In this document: piece after piece, positions 25,477 to 35,378 of the stretch
Layout of the letters: every line of letters begins with the position of its first letter
How positions within the stretch are numbered: the first letter of the stretch is position 1
Assembly: GCF_001194135.2 (NCBI RefSeq)
Contig: NC_068982.1
Coordinates: 25,510,695 to 25,546,072, forward strand
Direction of reading: 5' to 3'
DNA length: 35,378 nucleotides
DNA from: Octopus bimaculoides
Lineage: Eukaryota
Notes under the pieces: model-generated
Told to the model about the DNA's origin: nothing
The model's database searches: none
What the model saw: only the letters and a program-made list of their open reading frames with translations
Made by a program: the position numbers and the translations under genes

Positions 25477-26756
25477 NNNNNNNNNNNNNNNNNNNNNNNN
25501 NNNNNNNNNNNNNNNNNNNNNNNNNNNNNNNNNNNNNNNNNNNNNNNNNNNNNNNNNNNNNNNNNNNNNNNNNNNNNNNNNNNNNNNNNNNNNNNNNNNN
25601 NNNNNNNNNNNNNNNNNNNNNNNNNNNNNNNNNNNNNNNNNNNNNNNNNNNNNNNNNNNNNNNNNNNNNNNNNNNNNNNNNNNNNNNNNNNNNNNNNNNN
25701 NNNNNNNNNNNNNNNNNNNNNNNNNNNNNNNNNNNNNNNNNNNNNNNNNNNNNNNNNNNNNNNNNNNNNNNNNNNNNNNNNNNNNNNNNNNNNNNNNNNN
25801 NNNNNNNNNNNNNNNNNNNNNNNNNNNNNNNNNNNNNNNNNNNNNNNNNNNNNNNNNNNNNNNNNNNNNNNNNNNNNNNNNNNNNNNNNNNNNNNNNNNN
25901 NNNNNNNNNNNNNNNNNNNNNNNNNNNNNNNNNNNNNNNNNNNNNNNNNNNNNNNNNNNNNNNNNNNNNNNNNNNNNNNNNNNNNNNNNNNNNNNNNNNN
26001 NNNNNNNNNNNNNNNNNNNNNNNNNNNNNNNNNNNNNNNNNNNNNNNNNNNNNNNNNNNNNNNNNNNATATATAATGTATGTTTTAAACGAGTACATGAC
26101 ACAAGCACATGTCAATATATAAATACATGTATGCATACATTTATTATCAAACAATAGTTAAAAGAGACAATAGTAATCTGGTAATGAGATGAGTTAAAAA
26201 ATGTACAACAATAGCAAATAAAAAAAAACAATGAGATGGAGATTACAATTTCTATTACTTAATATCTACACAAGGAAAATATATTATCAACTCAGCAGTA
26301 GGATGTAACGGCAACACATATTTCTTGCTACTTGTGTGGCAAACTACGCAATCTGATTAATTTTCAGTGAGTAATATTTTCCTGTACTCCCTAACTATTG
26401 GGCTGTATTATCACCAGAAATGTTTAATATGATAAATGACTCTGTTAAGATTACTAAGTGGGTTAACTCTAGAGTTTTATTCATGAGACGAAGAGAAATG
26501 CCTATCACACCAATTTTATAGAACGCTCATAGATTAGACAAGATAATAGACAAAAGGCTTCTAATAGTTGGTTGCTAATATATTAAGTTTGTGGTAGCAC
26601 AGTAATGACGTTGCATTCATATTAGCTATCTAAGAACTTTTCTAATGTTTGGACCCACTCAGATTTGACCTCCTATTTCCAACAAATATTACCAAAACAA
26701 ACAAACTCAAAAAGACATGGTTTGAAATAACATACTACTACTATCATGACACTCCC

Positions 26757-26914
26757 ACATTCTTCTTCTTCTTCTTCTTCTTCTTCTTCTTCTTCTTCTT
26801 CTTCTTCTTCTTCTTCTTCTTCTCCTCTTCCTCTTCCTCCTCCTCCTCCTCCTCCTCCTCCTTCTTCTTCTTCTTCTTCTTCTTCTTCTTCTTCTTCTTC
26901 TTCTTCTTCTTCTT
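26757..26914. repeat. Compound (TTC)n-(TCC)n-(TTC)n polypyrimidine tract
   Basis: Direct reading. Confidence 0.95.
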
Positions 26915-27616
26915 CCCTGCCAAGAATTCACAACGACCTCGAACCCACAAGAGTAAACAAGAGAGACAGAGACAGGCAGAAACAAGGAAAATGCCCCTTG
27001 TATTTGAATACTATACAAATATTTTTTTTAAAGTCTTTTCTTTTAATTTTTTTCAAAATTTAACTGTNNNNNNNNNNNNNNNNNNNNNNNNNNNNNNNNN
27101 NNNNNNNNNNNNNNNNNNNNNNNNNNNNNNNNNNNNNNNNNNNNNNNNNNNNNNNNNNNNNNNNNNNNNNNNNNNNNNNNNNNNNNNNNNNNNNNNNNNN
27201 NNNNNNNNNNNNNNNNNNNNNNNNNNNNNNNNNNNNNNNNNNNNNNNNNNNNNNNNNNNNNNNNNNNNNNNNNNNNNNNNNNNNNNNNNNNNNNNNNNNN
27301 NNNNNNNNNNNNNNNNNNNNNNNNNNNNNNNNNNNNNNNNNNNNNNNNNNNNNNNNNNNNNNNNNNNNNNNNNNNNNNNNNNNNNNNNNNNNNNNNNNNN
27401 NNNNNNNNNNNNNNNNNNNNNNNNNNNNNNNNNNNNNNNNNNNNNNNNNNNNNNNNNNNNNNNNNNNNNNNNNNNNNNNNNNNNNNNNNNNNNNNNNNNN
27501 NNNNNNNNNNNNNNNNNNNNNNNNNNNNNNNNNNNNNNNNNNNNNNNNNNNNNNNNNNNNNNNNNNNNNNNNNNNNNNNNNNNNNNNNNNNNNNNNNNNN
27601 NNNNNNNNNNNNNNNN

Positions 27617-27635
27617 GTGTGTGTGTGTGTGTGTG

Positions 27636-27673
<38 letters not shown>

Positions 27674-27875
27674 TGTGTGTGTGTGTGTATGTACCCACAC
27701 CATTACTTGACGACCCATGTTGCTGTGTTTACGTTCCCATAACCTAGCGGTTCACCAAAAGACACTGATAGAATAAGTACTAGGCTTGCAAAGAATAGAT
27801 CCTGATTTGTTCGACCAACAGTGGTGCTCCAGCATGGCCGCACTCACATAACTGAAACAACAAAAACAATAAAGA
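27617..27875 (+). mobile_element. SINE family 3, 3' half (5' part hidden in gap N 27068-27616)
   Basis: A (TG)n interior is followed by gtgtttacgttcccataacctagcggttc...ggtgctccagcatggccgc...actgaaacaac, matching 33100-33290. Confidence 0.75.
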
Positions 27876-29057
27876 ACGTATGCTATTTTAATTCCGAGCA
27901 AGGCCGGTAATCTTTGCGAGTAAATTTATAATTGTTATGACAAACTCGTAGGAGGAAAAGAAAAGCACATTCATAACAATTCACTATTATTATACACATT
28001 TTCAAGGCATTGAGTTTCTCCTAAGGTTTGAGTTATTCGTGTCGTAAACAAGTTAATAGTCATCAACATGTTGAACCTGAGTGTCATATATAACCAGCCC
28101 AGTCTTTCACCTGCTACTCTACTCCGACACGCTTACTGCATTTTAAGCATATCTAGTTCTTTATGTTATTTTTCTACACGAGTTTCCCCCCACCCAACTG
28201 TCATTCTCTTTTGCCTTTCGTTTCTTTTCCTTCTGTCACATGTCTCTTGTGGGCAAGTCTTTTCTGAATGGTTCAAAAAATGTTTTTTATCCCTTTAATG
28301 TTGTTTAATAATTTTTTTTTTATTACTCCATCATTAGTCCTATGTTCTGTTCATGACATTCTCAAAAGTCTTTTGTATGCCTTCAAAATTCATAGAGTGG
28401 TACATCTCTAGCACGTGAGCTTGTCTGAGATCGCGTGTCGAAATTGAAGTAATTACTTTACTGAAATGTTATTCAAGTTATTGAAGAAAAAATAAAACCT
28501 ATTAAATTTTCTTTTAATTTATTTTAGGTGTCAAAATTTTCATTGCACAGTTGAAACCTGGAGACTGACACAGTTGAGTTTGAAAGTGATTTTAATGGCC
28601 AGCTGTCTTTCCATTTTTTTAATTTCTTCATGCTGAAATGAAAGCTATACGTGTCTGTTGTATTCATGTTAATTTACATTGACATTATGATATTGGGCAT
28701 TAGTTGGTTGTCTTTTTATTATTTTCTGGATCATGCTTTGGCTTGTTTGCAATATAGTACATATCATTGTTTAAGAGAAACATCAAGTATGGCATTGTTC
28801 GAGAGCGACTTAGAACAATCGTAATTGTGTATATATTTACATATAAAGACATACGCACTCTCTCAACTTCTCTTTCTCTCTCTCTATTTTTCTCTCTCTC
28901 TCTCTTTCTCTCTCACACACACACACGCATTAAAACGCATTTTGCTGGGAATTGAAAGATTGCTCTGTTCATTGTGTGGGTGTGTATGCGTGTGCATGCA
29001 TTTGTGTGTATTCCTGTATTTATGGCTACGTGCATACATTCATGTACAAATTGTATT

Positions 29058-29058
<1 letters not shown>

Positions 29059-29106
<48 letters not shown>
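29059..29106. repeat. (TG)n microsatellite
   Basis: Direct reading. Confidence 0.95.
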
Positions 29107-30825
29107 ACGGCCGTGCGAAGTGTATCTGCGTGCATGTGTGTCTGTTTGTGTGTTTTGTGTGTATATATGTATGTGTAATTATATGCTATTCCCATTCCAC
29201 GTATCTATATATGTTTATATGTGTGATATTCTAGAGCTAAATTTGAATTAAAATTCTGCTAATAATTTTCATGTCGAATATTAATAAGGAAATCTTACAT
29301 AAATGCAGCATTTCTTTGAAATCTCTTCTGTAATATATTTCTTTTAAATAACAGTATCAACTAAAACATTAAATGAAGCTTATGAATTACAATAACAGCC
29401 TGAAATAAGATTCATAAGATTTTCTTTGTGGTAGTAAACTTATTATTCTGTTCTGTAATCTACCGTCTTATATCAGCAGATCTTTTATTCTATTCTATTT
29501 CTTTACTTATTCAAAGTCACTGCTCACACTACTAATGATGATTTCATTTCTTGCGGCATAATTCTGCATATTGAATCTTTATGTGAGAAAATTATATTTA
29601 ACTATGGATGGTTTATACAGCGATAGAGAGAAGTGAGGTGAAATATATTCTATTGGAATCATTAAGTTGGCTCTCTGTTTTGGCTTGCTAGAAACTGTAG
29701 TCTTTCTCACAGACAAATTTGAAAAATACCATTAGCCCGCTAAGTTTGAACGCCACCCACATAATTTTTCACAACAAGCAAAACAATTCAAATAAATGAG
29801 ATACTTTAACTGGATTAATAATGTAATATCGCACACTATTCTGAAAGAGATGTACATTATTATCTATTTAGGTATTTTAATTTTATGCTAATCTTAAACT
29901 CTCAAGCAGAATTCACTATAGATATTTGAAGCAGAAGTTATACAAATATTTTACAATTTCTTAATTTGGTTCAAAAAAGAACCTCTGCACACGAATCTGC
30001 GCATTTGATATTGTTATAAGACTATGATTGTCGATGGTAAGATAGAGAGATGCGACATCCTGTTTGGAGCGGAATATTTAGTGGCTTTATTCCAATGAGC
30101 TGGATGCATGATATTATTCATTCATATGTAAATGTAATAGTGACATTATAGTGGCACCATGTCTGATATGCGAACGGTACCGTATTGCGGGTGGCACCTG
30201 TGCTTTGAAGAATGTTAGGAATGTTAGGAATTGACATTAGATAACGTATTTTCTACACTTCAAGTTGAAGGCTGGTTTTTGCTATGCAGTTTTCCAAGTT
30301 TAAGACTATACTAGAATGTATACCCCGATTTATGAGACCTCGCATATTAACAACCTTCAGAATTCTGCAAGCATGATGCTCATGTTTTATAGTGGATTTG
30401 TTGATGGTATTTCTATGATATCTATAGTGGTAGGGTAATAATTTATATTCCGACAACATTAGCATTCCTATATTAGAGGCATCTGCTTTTAGAATGAGTG
30501 TAAATTCGACGTCATTTTCGTGTGTTTTGCAAAGAAAACGCATGAGTGTGGAAAGTTAAGGACGAATAAAAAGCAGTATAATCTGCGAATGAGAATGAAG
30601 AAAATTGCATGTAAATCTACATTCATGCATATTTACGTTGACTAATATTTCATGTTAAACTAACTGCCATACTCGTGCAATCTATTCCGTTTTGGTTATT
30701 GCTAAGTATGACATTGGTGGCATGGACAACAGAATTTTCTCGGTAAGTGCCGTTTACTGAGCATACATTACATGAATTACAAATGCATTCAGGAATACTA
30801 GCACTACTCAATCTTGGTACTTAGA

Positions 30826-30829
30826 ATTA

Positions 30830-30891
<62 letters not shown>

Positions 30892-30901
30892 TATTTATTT
30901 A

Positions 30902-30959
<58 letters not shown>

Positions 30960-30970
30960 CATCATCATCT

Positions 30971-31045
<75 letters not shown>
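30826..31045. repeat. (ATT)n tract, ~220 bp with interruptions
   Basis: Direct reading; source of the poly-I/poly-L ORFs. Confidence 0.95.
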
Positions 31046-31047
<2 letters not shown>

Positions 31048-32160
31048 TGGTGGTAGTATAGGAATAAAGCTCATTGATAGTAGTAGTTGATTTATTGTAA
31101 ATTTTGCTCACAGATTGAGGCAGTAAAAAAGTGAAGGAATATTTTCCAATTTTTGTTCCATTCGTTCTAGATTCCTTTGGATAAGGCAGATTAAATCATA
31201 TCTTTCTTTTACAAGTTGTCATACTCGGCTCTATATGCATGTTGTACTTAATTTTTTCAGTGACGTAGCTATGTTTGTGCAACATTGTATATGTGTGCTA
31301 TTCTGCTATCACGGGCTTTGTTGGAATACAGAACCGAGATTCGCTCAAAATGTGGCTATATATCCGTGCATGGCTTGAACTTGCTTTTCACTGAAAGAAT
31401 TTAGGTATTTTGTCCAATAATGTTGTTACTTGTTAGACACTGATTAAATACAGTGAGAAAATTTCTTGGTTGGAATCGTTCCAAACTTCGTAACAGTGTT
31501 TGTCGTTCATAATGTTTTGCAATTAATAAACTTTTTTTAATATTCCAAAGTTATGCATCGTATTGTATCCTCGAATATCAATAAGTCCTGAAATAAGGAC
31601 AGTACGACTTAATTCTGTTTATTAAAGAAATGTGTATTATTCACGGTCTACAGTCTACAATAAAATTAGATCGATCAACTTTCATAATGATATTCCTGAA
31701 CTACTCATGTTAACTGTATATACGAATTATATATATTTGAAGGAGGTTTACTTATTTTCCAATATTTTCTTTTGTAATACAGAAAGCCACATTTAACTTA
31801 CTTTTTAAAAAAAAGATTTACCCCTATGATTACCGTTAGATCATTTTTAAAAGAAACAGATACACTGTTTGCATGACAGACAAAACCCAATGTTTGATAC
31901 CTAATGAGAAACAACTCTAAACATTCCCATCATCGCGACTGAATTATGACTATTTTTTCTAATAATATATTATCAAAATAAATAATGTGGTAACGATAAA
32001 AACGCTACATTACCTCATTAACAAGACGTTGGTGACCCCTAATTTTAAAGTGAATATATAATACTAATCCTCTGTAAAAATTAAAGTGAATTCTGCACAA
32101 AATGATTTAGTTCGCCTTTCCGTTATGGCTATTTTAAATTCGAGTTTATATACATCAGTA

Positions 32161-32225
32161 CGTACATACATACATACATACATACATACATACATGCATG
32201 CATACATACATACATACATACATAC
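32161..32225. repeat. (TACA)n tetranucleotide repeat
   Basis: Direct reading. Confidence 0.95.
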
Positions 32226-32229
32226 AACT

Positions 32230-32750
32230 ATTAACCAGACTAGTAACATCTCCATTAATGATTGGATGGTTTCCCCTCTATCTGACGAAGAATGTTACAG
32301 GTATCTAGGGGTGGATGAAAATATATCTTACAGTGGCACCTGTAACAAAACACGTGTCACTAAAGAATATTACAACCGAATAAGGCATATTTGGACCTCA
32401 GAACTATCTGCGTTCAATAAAACAATGGCCCACAATGTGTTTGCAGTGCCAGTACTCAGGCCAACAATTGGGCTGCTTGATTGGACGTTTGATGAGATCC
32501 GGGCCATTGATGTGAAAACTCGAAAAATACTAACACGCACACATAATTTCCACATATATAGTGATGTAGACCGCCTTTCCCTTAAACGAAAACAAGGCGG
32601 AAGAGGCTTATCATCGATCCCAAATGACTTTGAATGTCGCATCATATCTCTTCAGCAACATCTTTATACCACAAAGTGTCGAAGTGCATTCCTTGACCAA
32701 GTTTGCATACATGAGGCTGGTAACATCATAAGACTTGCAAGGCAGCTTAT
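32230..32750 (+). mobile_element. R4/Dong-like non-LTR retrotransposon RT C-terminal/thumb fragment, frame open
   Basis: YRYLGVDENI..KEYYNRIRHIWTSELSAFNKTMAHNVFAVPVL..GLLDWTFDEIRAIDVKTRKILT..FH..SDVDRLSLKRKQGGRGL matches the RLE-clade YKYLG..NK..A.N..AVPV..WT..D.KTRK.L..DVDRLY.RK.GGRGL signature. The annotated ORF start (32086) is only microsatellite read-through. Confidence 0.85.
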
Positions 32751-32924
32751 TCCTATTTCTTTCACTTTTCAATGAGTAGCAGACATATAACAAGGCTACG
32801 CTTTCAGGTTTCTTGAATATATTTTTCCGAAAAAACCCAATGGGTTTACCATTAACTCCATAAAATATTCTCAGGTCTCGCTAGTCAATAATAATGAACA
32901 TGATTTAGTGACTATTTTATTGTG

Positions 32925-33290
32925 AAGAAATGGTTCCGGGTTCAGCCCCACCGCGTAACACCTTGGGTGGGTGTCTTCTAACATAGCCTTGGGATGACCA
33001 AAGACCTTTGCGTGGATTTGATAGAAGAAAATTGAAAGAAGCTCGTCGCATGTGTGTGTGTGTGTCAGTCTGTGTTTATCCCCATCCACTGCATGACATT
33101 AGTGTGTTTACGTCCCCGTAACTTCGTGGTTCGAAAAAAGTAACCGATACAATTAGTACTTTTGAGTTTTAGTACTAATTAGTAGTTTGCACAATTAGTA
33201 CTCTTGAGTTTTACTAAAATTTCTCAAGACGGTGCTCCAGCATGAGTGCAATCTAATGACTGAAACATGTAAAAGATGAAAGATAAAAGA
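32925..33290 (+). mobile_element. SINE family 3 (5'-eroded), with internal duplication
   Basis: B-box-like ggttccgggttcagcccc, then caccttgggtgggtgtcttctaacatagcc, a (TG) interior and the tail ggtgctccagcatg..tgactgaaacatgtaaaag. caattagtact(t/c)ttgagtttta is duplicated at ~33150 and ~33192. Confidence 0.75.
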
Positions 33291-33890
33291 TATTCGTGAT
33301 ATATATTTTCCTATACATATATACATATATGTCATATATATAGTATGTATGTGTGTGACTGCGTGTGAGTTTATATATGTATAACAGATCTATTGTGATG
33401 GGACTAATTGAAAAACTAAATGGGTGTGGTACGAACGTTATTCAGAATGCAGTACTTTAATATACTACACGTTGACTGTTACTAATTTTTTATATAAATT
33501 GTTAGAAATATTCAAGTAAAATTGTATGTTTTATGGGCGTAACTGAATGATGTAATATCGTAATCTAATGAAAGGCGTTCCCTTAGACATAATATTAATG
33601 GTAGATGTTATATCTAAGGAAACAGTTTCTTAGTTGTATCTTAATGGCTATAATTTAGTTAGATGATTGCGTAGTGATGTGAAAGTTTCTATCATACTAA
33701 TACACACACACATAATATATATATATAGTAACGTCGAATTGCCAACATAAGGTGGCAGTCATGATTAGGACGGTGTTACTACCTTTTTTAGCCCCAGGAA
33801 AAACATCTTTTCCGGCTGGCTATCGATGCACAACTGCGTCCTTATACCTCTAACAAGGGAGCTAATATCTCCACTCAGCCTCAGACGGTA

Positions 33891-33936
33891 TCTGCGGACC
33901 AATGGTTTCTGTGATATTTCCCTTCATTGACACAGG
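33891..33936 (-). ncRNA. Type I hammerhead-ribozyme-like motif, copy D1
   Basis: rc: CCUGUG-UCAAUGA-AGGGAAAUAUCACA-GAAA-CCAUUGG-UC^CGCAGA. Predicted cut between 33897 and 33896. Confidence 0.55.
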
Positions 33937-34243
33937 ATAACTGCTGGCTCGAGATGGCATCACTAGGTCTTGCTCGAGGTATATATTTTTAAAGTGACAC
34001 ACAGTTACTGATCTTGTAAGGAGAAAAAACAATTAGCTTTTAATTTCTGAGCGTGAAATAAGTAGTGACAGTACACAGAGGAAAGTTTACTTGCCAACGG
34101 AATGTGGCAGTCTTAATTAGCAGGGTGTTATTACATTTTTCTTAGCCACAGGAAAACATCATTTCCAGCTGGGTATCGACTCACAACTGTGTCCTTATAC
34201 CTCCAACAAGGGAGCTAATGTCCCCACTCAGTCGTAAACGGTA

Positions 34244-34289
34244 CCTGGAGACTAATGGTCTCTGAGTTATTTCTCTTCATCGACACAGG
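34244..34289 (-). ncRNA. Type I hammerhead-ribozyme-like motif, copy D2
   Basis: rc: CCUGUG-UCGAUGA-A-GAG-AAAUAA-CUC-A-GAGA-CCAUUAG-UC^UCCAGG. Predicted cut between 34250 and 34249. Confidence 0.5.
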
Positions 34290-35319
34290 AGAACTGTTAG
34301 AGAGAGATAGCAGCTCTAGGTCTTGCTTGAGGTATATACTTTTAAAGTGACACGCAGTCATGTATACGTGTGTGTATTTGTCTGTGTTTGTGTGTATACA
34401 TATATAAATATGATATATATGTGTATGTACACGCACACACACATAGCCCACTATTGTATAAAATATTCATCACATGTATTTATATGCTAATACCAAATAT
34501 CTTACGCCAGTATGATTTGACATGCAGATAAGTGAGGCTTGTAACTCTAATGCATAATCTACTCAGATACATGTCTTTATTGTAATACATGTCTTTATTG
34601 TCCAAATACAATGAAGCACAAATATAAAATTATCCTAGTTATGTATGTTTTCACCGTGTAAACACTGACATATCCTACCAAACATATTCACCTGTGTGGA
34701 GATGTAACGTCAATCAGCGAAATAAATTTATTCAGAAATATAAATGTAAATATAAAAACCCATTTGTCTTGTACTGTTGAAACTATATCTTTCCAGTCTT
34801 TACTTCTTTTTAATAATGTTTCTCTAAAGAAAAACTTGGTGTAAATTCCATTATCCACAATGGTGTAAAAATTGTAGTTGTTGAACGTATAGCAGATATC
34901 AATCAACTAAATCCATATAGCATTCATCAATATCGCGTCTCTATAATAGTTCCCTTTATCGTCATTTTCACTGAACAGTATTTTTGTATTTTTTTATGTA
35001 TTAGATTTTTTTTTACCCTAGAGATATATAGTGTCTAGTTTCAAAACCTCTTTGCAAAATAGAATCTATTTGTGAGATACAACTTAGATATCGGAAATAC
35101 AAATAACGTGAAGAAATTACTGTAGTAAAATACCATTGCCAGCACATGGCAGAAACAATGACACTGACACTTAAGCACGTACACACGTGCACACATGCTA
35201 ATATAAATATGTGTGTGTGTGTGTGTGTGTATACACATGTATTTATATGTATGCTTGTACGTATGTATATGTATATATGTAGAGGGATGTGAATATAAAT
35301 ATATTGATGGATGGACATG

Positions 35320-35329
35320 CATATATATG

Positions 35330-35378
<49 letters not shown>
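35320..35378. repeat. (TA)n microsatellite
   Basis: Direct reading. Confidence 0.95.

Larger units (their letters stand above)
33738..34360 (-). mobile_element. Direct tandem (units D1, D2) of the ~353-bp hammerhead-containing family
   Basis: gtggcagtc..ttag..gttattac..caggaaaacatc recurs with period 353. About 12 differences in the first 125 nt versus copy A by manual count. Confidence 0.85.

Noticed and set aside
28490-28620. Acceptor-like ttttaatttattttag|gtgtc suggesting a host exon
   Set aside because: No good donor and no recognisable peptide; it cannot be supported without RNA-seq.
31300-31540. Minus-strand RSLERFQPRNFLTVFN resembling the RTE C-terminal region
   Set aside because: Similarity is too weak by eye; a profile search is needed.
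33230-33290. SINE 3 tail ..tgactgaaacatgta resembling the GAAAC..GUA half of a hammerhead
   Set aside because: No CUGANGA and no stem I; better explained as a LINE-derived 3' stem-loop.
33738-34360. Alternative reading as a TRIM (LTR-internal-LTR with TG..CA ends)
   Set aside because: Homology extends upstream of the putative TG start in both loci, there is no PBS or PPT, and unit C continues through the spacer; a continuous tandem unit fits better.

Overview
AT-rich, microsatellite-dense eukaryotic non-coding DNA with six N gaps, most bordered by simple repeats. The repeat content (tRNA-derived SINEs, maT transposon) looks like an octopus/coleoid cephalopod draft assembly; this is an inference from recognised repeat types, not a database match. 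No host protein-coding exon could be supported, and nearly all listed ORFs are microsatellite or gap artefacts. Supported elements: an internally deleted DD37D (maT) transposon; two R4/Dong-like non-LTR RT fragments (one decayed, one still open); a possible RTE-like remnant; three SINE families. The most interesting signal is a ~351-353 bp repeat family present as a direct tandem (33738-34360) and as a tandem plus inverted copy (4092-4879). Every unit spanning the relevant position carries a type I hammerhead-ribozyme-like motif with a palindromic or near-palindromic stem III and a shared non-canonical core (YCGAUGA). This is the architecture of metazoan non-LTR retrozymes / Penelope pLTR repeats. 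Every individual copy has at least one further core or stem lesion, so activity is unproven.
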